Shown here: piece after piece, positions 17,793-27,644 of the stretch | How positions within the stretch are numbered: the first letter of the stretch is position 1 | Layout: each line of letters opens with the position of its first letter | DNA from: an uncultured Candidatus Saccharibacteria bacterium | GTDB lineage: Bacteria; Patescibacteriota; Saccharimonadia; Saccharimonadales; Saccharimonadaceae | Length of the DNA: 64,000 nt | NCBI GenBank assembly: GCA_947085525.1 | Contig: CAMTWU010000003.1 | Coordinates: forward strand, 25,866 to 89,865 | Reading direction: 5' to 3' | The notes under the pieces: generated by a model | Told to the model about the DNA's origin: nothing | The model's input: only the letters and a program-made list of their open reading frames with translations | Database searches by the model: none | Translations under genes and position numbers: made by a program

Positions 17793-20278
17793 TAGTTTCA
17801 CTCAATTGGCTCAAACAATATACCGATATTGATCAACCAATCGACAAGCTTGCGACGTTGATTGGCGCTAGGTTAGTTGAGATCGAGGAAGTCATAGACT
17901 TTGGCAAAAAATATCAAGATATTTTGATCGTCAAAGTTGTATCGGTTGAAAAGCATTCGAATGCTGACAGTTTGAACGTGTGTAAAATCGACGATGGCGG
18001 CAAAGCAAAAGACGTACAGCGGGATAGCGAAGGCTTGGTGCAAGTTGTTTGCGGTGCACCAAATGTTCGAAAGGGTCTGAGCGCAGTATGGTTGCCACCT
18101 GGTAGTACTGTACCTGCTAGTTGTGACGACGACGAGCCATTTGTACTAGGAACTCGTGAACTGCGCGGTATAGTCAGTAACGGCATGCTCGCTAGCCCCA
18201 AAGAACTTGCGCTGGGCGATAGCCACGAAGGGCTACTGGAAATTACCGACAACGCAAAACCTGGTAAAGAGTTCGCCAAAGTATATGAACTAAATGACTA
18301 TCTGCTAGATATCGAAAACAAATCGCTGACTCACCGTCCTGACACATTCGGCGTGATTGGGTTTGCTCGCGAACTTGCGGCTATCCAGGGCAAGAGATTC
18401 CATTCGCCCGACTGGCTAAAAACACCGAAGGTTTCGGTCACGAATATCAATCATCCTGCACCAACAGTAACAATTGACGATAGTGAACTCTCAAACCGCT
18501 ACCAAGCAGTTGTACTAGAAGCCGATACACCGAATCAAAAATCTACAACCCAACTACAATCATACTTGGCTCGTGTCGGTATGCGCCCTATCAACGCAAT
18601 CGTCGATGTGACGAACTATTACATGATGCTGACTGGTCAACCGCTACATGCGTTTGATTACGACAAACTAGCAGCACTAAACGGTGGCAAAATAGACATT
18701 CATGTGCGTGCTGGTAACGGCAAAGAAACTCTAAAGTTACTAGATGGCCGAACTGTGATATTGAGTCGTGAAGACATTGTGATTGCAAATGGCAAAGTAC
18801 CAGTTGCATTGGCAGGCGCGATGGGCGGCAGCGAAACCGAAGTCGACGAAAAGACGACAAAGGTCTTGTTAGAGAGCGCGACGTTCAATCTATACAATCT
18901 ACGTGCTACACAAATGCGCCATGGGATTTTCAGCGAAGCTATCACTCGCTTTACGAAAGGCCAGCCAAGTGAGCTGACTGCGCCAGTACTAGGCCAGGCG
19001 GTTCAAATGCTAGAAAAAGAAGCAGGACTAAAAGCCATTTCAAAAATTGCAGACGACTATCCTGTCAAATACAAACCACTCAAGATTAAAATTACTTCGC
19101 AGAAAATTAATGATATTTTGGGATGTAAACTAACCGAATCTGATATTACAAAAACACTTAAAAATGTTGAATTTGAAGTTGATAAAAACGGGGATAATCT
19201 AGTAATAACTCCACCGTGGTGGCGAGCTGATATTCATATCGACGAGGATATTATCGAAGAAATCGGTCGCATCAATGGGTACGATGCAATCACGCCTAGC
19301 TTGCCGACTCGACCATTCATCGCAACTGACAAAAGCGAACTAGAAGGTTTGAAGCAAAAGCTCCGTACTATATTGGCTCGTGCTGGTGCAAATGATATTT
19401 TGACTTACAGCTTCGTACACGGTGATTTGCTGAGCGCAGTTGGTCAAAAGCCCGAAAATTCCTATGCGATTACAAATGCGATTAGTCCGAAATTGCAATA
19501 TTATCGTCAGACGTTGACACCAAGTCTACTAGAGATCGTACACCCTAATATCAAGGCTGGAACTGATGAGTTTGTACTGTATGAAATCAACAAAACTCAC
19601 AACAAAGTTCACGGTAATGACAAAGAAGGTTTGCCGGGCGAGCTAGAAATGACTGCGCTGGTGTATGCCAACAAAAAATCTGCGCCAGGCTCACCGTTCT
19701 ACATGGTTCGACGCTACCTAGATTTCATCGCACAACAGCTTGGTCTCGTCTTTGAATATTCTGCGATAGACAAAAAGCCGAAATATCCTGTGACTGCTCC
19801 GTTTGATCATGCTCGCAGCGCCTATATAACCGAAAAGAACTCTGGCGTATTCATCGGTATTGTAGGTGAATACCGTCAGCAAGTTATAAAGAATCTGAAA
19901 TTACCAAACACAATAGCTGGCTGCGAACTCGGAACTGAAGATATTCTGAAGGCTGTTATAAAAACAAAGGGTACAGCGTATAGTTCAATCAGTAGGTACC
20001 CTGGTACTACGCAGGATATTACTTTACAGGTTGGACAACAAACCAGCTTTTCGAAGGTATGGAATGCTCTTTTTGATGATGCTTTAAAGGATATTGAGCT
20101 GCAGTGGAGTCTAGAGCCAATAAGTATATACCAATCTGACAACGCAACGACCAAGAACATGACATTCCGTATTTATCTTACTAACCATGAAAAAACGATT
20201 ACCCGTGATGAGGCTAATAAAGTCGTTGCCATCGCAATAGCAAAAGTCAGCAAAAAACTTGGTGCAAAAGTTGTCTAA
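17789..20278 (+). CDS. pheT: Phenylalanine--tRNA ligase beta subunit
   Basis: 829 aa. The N-terminus is MIVSLNWLKQY, followed by tRNA-binding, B3/4, B5 and FDX-ACB-like regions in the canonical order. Confidence 0.95.
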   Translation: MIVSLNWLKQYTDIDQPIDKLATLIGARLVEIEEVIDFGKKYQDILIVKVVSVEKHSNADSLNVCKIDDGGKAKDVQRDSEGLVQVVCGAPNVRKGLSAVWLPPGSTVPASCDDDEPFVLGTRELRGIVSNGMLASPKELALGDSHEGLLEITDNAKPGKEFAKVYELNDYLLDIENKSLTHRPDTFGVIGFARELAAIQGKRFHSPDWLKTPKVSVTNINHPAPTVTIDDSELSNRYQAVVLEADTPNQKSTTQLQSYLARVGMRPINAIVDVTNYYMMLTGQPLHAFDYDKLAALNGGKIDIHVRAGNGKETLKLLDGRTVILSREDIVIANGKVPVALAGAMGGSETEVDEKTTKVLLESATFNLYNLRATQMRHGIFSEAITRFTKGQPSELTAPVLGQAVQMLEKEAGLKAISKIADDYPVKYKPLKIKITSQKINDILGCKLTESDITKTLKNVEFEVDKNGDNLVITPPWWRADIHIDEDIIEEIGRINGYDAITPSLPTRPFIATDKSELEGLKQKLRTILARAGANDILTYSFVHGDLLSAVGQKPENSYAITNAISPKLQYYRQTLTPSLLEIVHPNIKAGTDEFVLYEINKTHNKVHGNDKEGLPGELEMTALVYANKKSAPGSPFYMVRRYLDFIAQQLGLVFEYSAIDKKPKYPVTAPFDHARSAYITEKNSGVFIGIVGEYRQQVIKNLKLPNTIAGCELGTEDILKAVIKTKGTAYSSISRYPGTTQDITLQVGQQTSFSKVWNALFDDALKDIELQWSLEPISIYQSDNATTKNMTFRIYLTNHEKTITRDEANKVVAIAIAKVSKKLGAKVV

Positions 20279-20318
20279 TATAGATATAAACTAAAAATAG
20301 TGTTACTATAATACTCTT

Positions 20319-21330
20319 ATGAACAGAGCTGAAGTGCTACCAATCCGAGAAGATGATGAACCTATTACAGACACTGCAGCTCCTTTAGAGACCGCACAGC
20401 CTCATCTACATCTTGTTGAGGCCGCAGATTCTGATACCCCCGAATCTATGCCTAGCGATGTACAAGAACCTGTTGAGAAGGCAGAAGAATCGGCAGTTGC
20501 TGCTAATGGTTTGAGTATGTATTTACAACAAATAGAAATGAGGAAAACGGCTTATTAAGTAGCGAAGAAGAAGTGGAGATTGCAAAAGAGATCGAGAAAG
20601 GTAGTTTTGATGCTAAAACAGAGTTTGCAGAAAAAAATTTACGACTGGTCGTGAATATGGCAGCAAAGTACACCAAAAAAGGGTTAGATCTAGAAGATTT
20701 AATTCAGGAAGGAAATATAGGACTTATACGAGCCACTGAAAAGTTCGATCATAGAAAAGGCTTTAAGTTTAGTACATATGCAGCATGGTGGATTAGACAA
20801 GCTTTACAGAGAGCAGTTTATGACAAAGGTAACACAATTAGAAAACCTGTACATTTGAGGGATCAATTAAATAAGATCACTAAGGTACGTCGAGAATGGG
20901 AGCGAAAAAATCAAGGTCTTGAACCACTGTATGGGATATAGCAAAAGAGCTAGATAAAGAACCCGAAGAAGTTCAAGCAATACTGGACCACTTTCAGGAC
21001 ACAATCTCACTAGAAAAGCCGTTAGGTGAAGATGATTTTACTGTTATGGATACAGTTAAGGATCAAGATGTAGATATACATGATAAAGCTGAAAGAAAAG
21101 ACAATGCCAAAAATATAAGGAAGCTAATGGAAGCTCGCCTAGATACAAGAGAAATAACTGTGTTAGAAATGAAATATGGTCTCAATGGTTACGATGAGGG
21201 GATAACATTAGTAGAAATTGGCAAAGTGATTGGTGTCACTAGGGAAAGAGTCCGTCAAATTGAAATTGCAGCAATGCAGAAGTTGCGGACTGAAAATAAC
21301 CAGCAAGGCTTATTAGAACAATCACATTAG
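20319..21330 (+). pseudogene. Sigma-70 family (RpoD/SigA-like) factor gene interrupted by two 1-nt frameshifts
   Basis: Region 1.2 (SMYLQQI) is in frame 0 up to the TAA at 20556. [17 protein letters not shown]...[12 protein letters not shown]...[12 protein letters not shown] (region 2) is in the -1 frame up to the TAG at 20939. [14 protein letters not shown]...ITLVEIGKVIGVTRERVRQIE (regions 3 and 4) is in the next -1 frame. The switch windows are 20535-20551 and 20923-20938. Confidence 0.75.
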
Positions 21331-21373
21331 TAAAAATAAGGTATACTGGTATATGTAATTCGAGAGGGGATCA

Positions 21374-21943
21374 ATGGAAAAATCATCAACATCTAAAGCT
21401 CAAAAAATAATAATCTGGTTTATCATTGTTGCAATGACGATCGGGTCTATCGGCGCATATTTTGTGGTGATCATAGCAAACGAAAACCAAAAGCGTGACA
21501 CAGCAAAACAAGCAGAGCTACAAAAGGCGACGCAAAAACAACAAGCAGAGGAGGCAAAAAAAGTGAAGGAACCATTAGACGGATATAGCGCAGAAGCTTT
21601 TGACAAAGCAGGTGTAACAGCACTAAAAGTTGAGACATTGAAAGCAGGTGAGGGTAAAGCAGCCAGTAAAACATCTACAGTTTCAGCGAACTACTTTGGC
21701 TGGACTAGTGATGGCAAGATATTTGATAGTAGCAAAAAAGACGGTGTCACTACACCCGTTAGCTTTCCTCTTAACCAAGTTATATCTGGTTGGACAGAAG
21801 GTTTGAGTGGAATCAAGGAAGGCAGTGTCGTCAAACTAACTATCCCTGGTGCGAAAGCATATGGTGCAAACGGCGCACCGCAAGCTGGTATCGGTCCAAA
21901 CGAACCGCTAGTTTTCATCGTAGAACTAAAAACCGTAAAGTAG
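21374..21943 (+). CDS. Membrane-anchored FKBP-type peptidyl-prolyl cis-trans isomerase
   Basis: N-terminal TM helix followed by the FKBP core: VSANYFGWTSDGKIFDSS...FPLNQVISGWTEGL..IKEGSVVKLTIPGAKAYG. Confidence 0.85.
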   Translation: MEKSSTSKAQKIIIWFIIVAMTIGSIGAYFVVIIANENQKRDTAKQAELQKATQKQQAEEAKKVKEPLDGYSAEAFDKAGVTALKVETLKAGEGKAASKTSTVSANYFGWTSDGKIFDSSKKDGVTTPVSFPLNQVISGWTEGLSGIKEGSVVKLTIPGAKAYGANGAPQAGIGPNEPLVFIVELKTVK

Positions 21944-21944
21944 T

Positions 21945-22664
21945 TTAACTGTCTAAACCAGGCTTGCGGACTACAAAATCATAACCCGCTTCTGGATCAT
22001 CATCTGGCCAGCCAGGATGTTTGATTTTTTCAACCAAATTGAATCCTATTTGCTCGAGGACACTAATATCCATATTCTGACCGTTAGCTACTAGTAAGCC
22101 GCCTGGCTCAAGTACACGAAAAGACTCTAAATATATCAATGTGCGCTGAGAGAGACGGGCATCTTGGGGGTCTAACGTACCATCTGATATTTGAGCCATT
22201 TCTAGTAGCGCGGTATCGAGGTTGCTCACAATTACTGGCAGCAACTCATCCTTTTCATGCTGTGGTAAATTTAAGTAAGAATCGTCTGTATGAGACATAT
22301 ATGACATCATAACCATACCAACAGACGCGTCGTCAAAAGGCATGTCAGTTCCATCAATTTCCAAGTCAATAAGTTGATTTACTTTTCTAATTTCCGGGTC
22401 TGTTGGGTTAATACTGTGGCCGTCATCTTGCACGTTAGAGATAAGTGGCTTAGTAGGTAAACTCAAGCCATCTATAAAGTAGTATCCACCCTTACTTGGT
22501 CCACCTAACTCAATAATAGGGCCCCTGAGGGTTTCTATGTACTTTTCTAAGTCAACATCAGGTACTGTCTCATTATTATTGAGGCTATAAGGTTCTTGCT
22601 CGCAGTACTTCTTTACCATAGAAGGGAAAGGATATTGATATTCCATACTTATACTATAACACAA
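21945..22664 (-). CDS. Hypothetical protein, possibly a degenerate class I SAM-dependent methyltransferase
   Basis: IIELGGPSKGG resembles motif I and RVLEPGGLLV resembles the post-motif-III loop. The support is weak. The start may be the internal MEYQY. Confidence 0.35.
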   Translation of the reverse strand: MCYSISMEYQYPFPSMVKKYCEQEPYSLNNNETVPDVDLEKYIETLRGPIIELGGPSKGGYYFIDGLSLPTKPLISNVQDDGHSINPTDPEIRKVNQLIDLEIDGTDMPFDDASVGMVMMSYMSHTDDSYLNLPQHEKDELLPVIVSNLDTALLEMAQISDGTLDPQDARLSQRTLIYLESFRVLEPGGLLVANGQNMDISVLEQIGFNLVEKIKHPGWPDDDPEAGYDFVVRKPGLDS

Positions 22665-22802
22665 ATATTAGTAAAAGTAAATATTTATTACGAATAAACT
22701 TTCTTTTAGACAAAACTACAACATATAGTGTATTGACCCAATATGCTAACGCTATATATAATGAATGACAAGAACATAGCAAAAACATACATAGGAGATC
22801 AA

Positions 22803-23054
22803 ATGTCCAAAAATATTACTGTCTACACCACCAACGCCTGCGCGTACTGCATGATGGTCAAAAAATACCTCGATAGTAAGGGTGAAAGCTACAATGTCAT
22901 CAATCTCGATGAACAACCCGACCAACGCGATAAAGTTGAAGCTATCAGTGGTGTTAAAACAGTGCCAGTGACAGTGATCCAGGCAGAAAACAGCGAACCG
23001 TCAGTCACAATTGGTTGGAACCCCGGTAAACTCTCAGCAGCTTTGATGGCCTAA
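22803..23054 (+). CDS. Glutaredoxin/NrdH-like small redoxin
   Basis: ITVYTTNACAYCMMVKKYL carries a CxxC site, followed by TVPV. The start is moved to the ATG behind SD aggaga. The gene sits immediately upstream of trxB with a TAATG overlap. Confidence 0.75.
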   Translation: MSKNITVYTTNACAYCMMVKKYLDSKGESYNVINLDEQPDQRDKVEAISGVKTVPVTVIQAENSEPSVTIGWNPGKLSAALMA

Positions 23055-23980
23055 TGTCTGATATCCACCCACTAGTTATGATTGGTGCTGGTCCGTCTGC
23101 TCTCGCAGCGGCGGTGTATACATGTCGCGAGGACATCGACACAACTTTGTATGAAAAGGGCGTCATCGGTGGTCTAGCAGCAATTACCGACCAGGTAGAC
23201 AACTACCCTGGTTTTGCTGAAGGTATCGAAGGCTTGAAGCTAGCTGAACAGCTGCAAGCACAAGCCGAACGCTTCGGCGCCAAGATAGAGTTTGGTGATG
23301 TTCAAAGTATCACGGACGCAGGTGACCACAAAGTTCTAAAAATAGATGGCAATGATGTTTCTGCCAAGGTAGTTTTGATCGCAACTGGCAGTGACTATAA
23401 AAAGATCGGTGTTCCTGGCGAAGCCGAATACTTTGGCCGTGGCGTACATTACTGTGCAACATGTGATGGTGCGTTCTATCGTGACAAGAAACTAATTGTT
23501 GTTGGTGGCGGTAACTCTGCTATCCAGGAGGCGTTGTATTTGACACGATTTACTAGCCATATCGACCTATTAGTTAGATCAACTATCAAAGCCAGTGAAG
23601 TTTTGCAGCATGATTTGGACAAAGCTGTCAGTGACGGTAAAATCACCGTACACCTAAACACCACAACTGACGAAATAGTCGCTAGTGACGGATCTAATGT
23701 TGATAAAGTATTGGCTACAAAAGATAGTGAAAAGATCGAGATTGAGACCGATGGTGTATTCGTATTTGTTGGATTACTGCCAAATACCCAGTTCCTAGCC
23801 GATTCCAAGGTCGAACTAGATGAACAAGGTTTTATAAAGACTGATAACAAATTACAAACAACAATGCCTGGTGTATTTGCCAGTGGCGATGTCCGGTCTG
23901 GCGCAACTATGCAAATAGCCAGCGCAGTTGGCGAAGGCGCAACCGCAGCACTGAATATCCGCGAATATTTAGAATCTTAA
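23054..23980 (+). CDS. trxB: Thioredoxin-disulfide reductase
   Basis: 308 aa with GAGPSALAAAVY (FAD), the redox-active CATCDG, GGGNSAIQEA (NADPH) and GDV. Confidence 0.9.
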   Translation: MSDIHPLVMIGAGPSALAAAVYTCREDIDTTLYEKGVIGGLAAITDQVDNYPGFAEGIEGLKLAEQLQAQAERFGAKIEFGDVQSITDAGDHKVLKIDGNDVSAKVVLIATGSDYKKIGVPGEAEYFGRGVHYCATCDGAFYRDKKLIVVGGGNSAIQEALYLTRFTSHIDLLVRSTIKASEVLQHDLDKAVSDGKITVHLNTTTDEIVASDGSNVDKVLATKDSEKIEIETDGVFVFVGLLPNTQFLADSKVELDEQGFIKTDNKLQTTMPGVFASGDVRSGATMQIASAVGEGATAALNIREYLES

Positions 23981-24954
23981 GCAATAGACTGAGAAAAGTA
24001 TTTTTCGAGTTGTGAAATAATCTTTTTGTCAGCGGTTTCAAGCGCAACTTCACGTGTACCGAACCGCACACCGCTGTAACTAAAGTTATGACTGCCAGTG
24101 ATTACAATTTTTGAACCATCTGACATTGTAAACACGATGAATTTTGCGTGCAAATACTTTGATTTTTTATATGAAGATCGTAGACCGGTTATCAGTTGTG
24201 AGCCCCGGATCAACATGCTGGTGGAAAATGATGTTTGCGAAGGTTGGTTGAAATATACTTTCTCGGCCTTGGCTTTGACATAATCTGCCAGTTCACCTGT
24301 AGGACAATATTGGCTGACGAACAGTATCGATTCGGCTTTTTCTGCCAGGTCTACAGCGCGGTCGTAGATCATTGAATCGCTACGCTTACCACTGTCAATC
24401 ATCATTCGTCCGTAGTCTATTTTTGCTGACAAACCATTGTAATGGGCGGGGCCTTTGTCTGCCTTTATGATTTTCTTTTGTTCGGCCACCAATATGTTTG
24501 CTAACTTTTTGTCAGTAACTTTGAACATATAATCTTGGTTAATTGCGCCTTTGCCATACAAGTTCACACCACCAAAGGCATATACGATGTCATCAACCAC
24601 AGTCCATTTGATATGAGTCACACCAGCAAATGGGTTAATTTTGTGGTTGCCACCGAGCCAAGCAAATTCAACACCCACTTTGATCAAAGTTTCAGTGAAA
24701 GCTGTGACGGCTTTGGAACGCTCAGTTCGTTTCTTTAGAGGCGAAAAATGTCCACCAAACTCGCTATAGGTGAAAGTATCGGCAGCAACGTTTACATCTA
24801 GACCACGCTCGGAGCTTTTGATCAGTACATCCATGAAAGCTTCGGTACGCTCTTCACGAGCGATTGCCAGTGTCATTGTATAGACGCGGAATTTAGCACG
24901 AGTGATCTCGTGAGTCGCGTCTTTGAAATATTCCTCTATAGTCAGTAGTTTCAT
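23977..24954 (-). CDS. Phospholipase D-like (HKD) family protein
   Basis: Two HKD-type motifs: HIKWTVVDD...GGVN and HAKFIVF...GSHNFS. Confidence 0.7.
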   Translation of the reverse strand: MKLLTIEEYFKDATHEITRAKFRVYTMTLAIAREERTEAFMDVLIKSSERGLDVNVAADTFTYSEFGGHFSPLKKRTERSKAVTAFTETLIKVGVEFAWLGGNHKINPFAGVTHIKWTVVDDIVYAFGGVNLYGKGAINQDYMFKVTDKKLANILVAEQKKIIKADKGPAHYNGLSAKIDYGRMMIDSGKRSDSMIYDRAVDLAEKAESILFVSQYCPTGELADYVKAKAEKVYFNQPSQTSFSTSMLIRGSQLITGLRSSYKKSKYLHAKFIVFTMSDGSKIVITGSHNFSYSGVRFGTREVALETADKKIISQLEKYFSQSIA

Positions 24955-25001
24955 GATAAAATTGTACCAATAACGATTATAACGTAAACGGAGAAGACTA
25001 C

Positions 25002-25535
25002 ATGGCAGACTTTAATAAAATACTAGATGCAGGTGATGTTGATGGCGGTGTTATCAACACAGTTGTCGAGATCCCAAAATGGTCAACTCTGAAAATCGAA
25101 TGGAACCGTGGTCTAGGTGTATTTGAGCTAGACCGAGTCGAGCCAAGTATCTTTGCAAAACCAGTTAACTACGGTTTCATCCCGCAAACGTTGGACGAAG
25201 ACGGCGACGAGCTAGACACACTAATCATCACCAACGATCCGATTCCAACAGGTGTATACCTAAAAGGCCGCGTAATAGGCGTCATGCACTTTGTTGATGA
25301 TGGCGAAGTTGACGACAAGATCATCGTTGTACCAGCTGATGATCGCAATACTGGCGATACTATCAAATCTATTGACGACATTCACGAGCAGTGGAAGCAA
25401 AAAGTTGAACACCACTTTAACCACTACAAAGATCTGAAAAAACCTGGCAGTACAAAAGTACAAAGCTGGGGTGATGCAGCTGACGCTCAAAAAGTAATCC
25501 GCGAGTCTATCGAGCGCTGGAAGAACCAGGCCTAA
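25002..25535 (+). CDS. ppa: Inorganic pyrophosphatase (family I)
   Basis: VVEIPKWS..KIEW...YGFIPQTLDEDGDELD...DDKIIVVP are the family I signatures. Confidence 0.9.
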   Translation: MADFNKILDAGDVDGGVINTVVEIPKWSTLKIEWNRGLGVFELDRVEPSIFAKPVNYGFIPQTLDEDGDELDTLIITNDPIPTGVYLKGRVIGVMHFVDDGEVDDKIIVVPADDRNTGDTIKSIDDIHEQWKQKVEHHFNHYKDLKKPGSTKVQSWGDAADAQKVIRESIERWKNQA

Positions 25536-27075
25536 TACTCTTTCGAGCTTTGCGGACTGCTTTGTCACGAATGATCGCACTGGCACTAGTCAAGGTCTCG
25601 ATCAAACCCAGTTGTTTTAGCTGAGAACGTAGTTTGTTTCTGGCATGTACGGTAGTCACTAGATCCATCCAGGCTTGTTTAGGTGAGGATAATTTTCGGG
25701 TAACAACTTCTACTACATCACCGTTATGCAACTTTTTATCGAATGGTGCGATATTACCATTTACTCGGAAACTATAGGCGTGTTTGGCGATGTCGCTATG
25801 TACTAAGTAGGCAAAATCCAGCGGCAAGGCGCCTTCGGGTAGATTATAGATATCGCCTTTTGGCGAATACACGAATATTCTTTGGTCAAATAGATCAACT
25901 TTTAGTTCATCCAGGGCGACCTCGTCTCCTTCACTGAGCTTGTCAGCGACTTCTTGCATTTGTGATATCCACTGCAATTGTGCGGGCAGGGTAGATGTAC
26001 CACGTTTTTTCTTGTAATCTTTAGCCTGTTTTTGCTCGTGGTAATGAAAACTCGCGGCAAGCCCGCGCTCGGCATATTCATGCATCTCCCTAGTTCTAAC
26101 CTGAAACTCAACTACTTGCTTTGTAGGTGTGATAACTGTAGTGTGCAGGCTTTGATAACCATTTGGTTTCGGCGCAGCAATATAATCTTTGATACGTCCT
26201 AGCATTGGTTGGTATGAACTATGTAAAAGACCAAGGACTCGATAGCACGTTTCAGGGTCATCGACAATAATACGTAGCGCAATCAGATCGTAAATATCAT
26301 CTATATTATCATCTGTTTTTGCGAGTTTGCGTTTCAAGCTATAGATGCTCTTTACGCGACCATCCATCTCGTGTTCAATGCCTTGCCGAGTTAGCTCTTC
26401 GGAAAATTCTTTGCGTACGACTGCTAGCTTGCGGTGTGATTTGCCCAAGCGGTCTTTCATGAGCTTGCGCAGTTTCTTAAACTCTCGTGGTTCCATGAAG
26501 CTAAAGGCCAGCTCTTCCATTTGCATACGTAGCCGCCCCATACCTAAGCGGTCTGCCATAGGTGCAAAAACCTCTAGGCTTTCGCGGGCGATCTTGAGCT
26601 GTTTGTCGCGTGGCATGTGCTCGAGTGTCTGCAGGTTGTGCAGACGATCAGCCAGTTTAATGATGATCACTCGGATATCTTGGCCGATGGCGATCAGTAG
26701 TTTTGATAAATTATCACGGGTGGATGGCAAGTAGCTGCCGATGTCGCGCATACCAGCTCTAGCTTGGCCAACCTTGGTGACGCCGTCTACTAAAAATGCG
26801 ACGTCGTGACCAAAAGTTGTCTCGATTTTCTCGAGTGTTAATTCGGTGTCTTCTACGGTGTCGTGCAGTACACCCGCGATCACTGTATCGATATCCATAC
26901 CCCATTCCATCAAGGTATTAGCAACATTGAGCGGGTGTACTATATATCCTTCACCACTGAGACGTTTTTGACCAGCATGAGCCCGCGTCGCAGTATCGAT
27001 AGCCAGCTCGAGCTCAGATATCTCATTTTCATCATAATGAGCTTCGGCATTTTTCAGTAGATCTCGTTTTTTCAT
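25507..27075 (-). CDS. Bifunctional (p)ppGpp synthetase/hydrolase of the RelA/SpoT family, short form ending after the TGS domain
   Basis: HD hydrolase motif (HPLNVA...GVLHDTVEDT), synthetase core (DLIALRIIV...YQSLHT) and a TGS domain (IFVYSPKGDIYNLPEGALPLDFAY). No ACT region is present. Confidence 0.9.
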   Translation of the reverse strand: MKKRDLLKNAEAHYDENEISELELAIDTATRAHAGQKRLSGEGYIVHPLNVANTLMEWGMDIDTVIAGVLHDTVEDTELTLEKIETTFGHDVAFLVDGVTKVGQARAGMRDIGSYLPSTRDNLSKLLIAIGQDIRVIIIKLADRLHNLQTLEHMPRDKQLKIARESLEVFAPMADRLGMGRLRMQMEELAFSFMEPREFKKLRKLMKDRLGKSHRKLAVVRKEFSEELTRQGIEHEMDGRVKSIYSLKRKLAKTDDNIDDIYDLIALRIIVDDPETCYRVLGLLHSSYQPMLGRIKDYIAAPKPNGYQSLHTTVITPTKQVVEFQVRTREMHEYAERGLAASFHYHEQKQAKDYKKKRGTSTLPAQLQWISQMQEVADKLSEGDEVALDELKVDLFDQRIFVYSPKGDIYNLPEGALPLDFAYLVHSDIAKHAYSFRVNGNIAPFDKKLHNGDVVEVVTRKLSSPKQAWMDLVTTVHARNKLRSQLKQLGLIETLTSASAIIRDKAVRKARKSIRPGSSSAR

Positions 27076-27129
27076 AGTTTAATTATACGTTAAAACATGA
27101 AAAAAGAGCGGTAACGCAAGGCCAAAGCC

Positions 27130-27522
27130 TCACGCACCGCTCGACGGTAGGGTCTCTTTCGAGAAAAGTCCATTTTCGTAAAGGTCTACGAAATCTAGGC
27201 GCCCCATACCAACCTCATCCCGCTCTTGACCCATCTTATTTGTGGGTTGCCATCCTTTTTCTGCTAGGATGACAAGTAGGTAGAATGGCAGAATGTCTGA
27301 AGGGAAAAACGTGACATGGAAACACCTAAGAACAAAATACTCAAGCCTACCATGGCGATCTTTGCCAAACATATGAAATTCGCCGTGGTAGTTGTGGCCA
27401 CCTTCGCGAATCGCAATCGACGTTCTTGGGTTTTGATCGTCAGCGATTTCCCTCGCAAGAGAGTCCATCGCATCTTGATCGTATGTTATTTCTTCTGAAG
27501 AGGGCATAAAAAAACCTTTCAC
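27130..27522 (-). CDS. Hypothetical protein (about 125-130 aa)
   Basis: ORF with no recognisable motif. It lies between relA/spoT and gap on the minus strand. Confidence 0.4.
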   Translation of the reverse strand: MKGFFMPSSEEITYDQDAMDSLAREIADDQNPRTSIAIREGGHNYHGEFHMFGKDRHGRLEYFVLRCFHVTFFPSDILPFYLLVILAEKGWQPTNKMGQERDEVGMGRLDFVDLYENGLFSKETLPSSGA

Positions 27523-27644
27523 AGAAAAGTGTTTATTTTTATATATTAATTATAACACAAAATATAATATAAGTCAAGTATTACAATACTTTTACATATG
27601 ATACAATATCTGTAAATAATACTAATGCTTATAGGAGTGGGAAC

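Noticed and set aside
20535-20551. Programmed ribosomal frameshifting or transcriptional slippage in the sigma-factor gene.
   Set aside because: There is no X XXY YYZ slippery heptamer. The A run is only 4 nt, too short for RNA polymerase slippage. Two independent shifts would be required. A real mutation or a base-calling error is more parsimonious.
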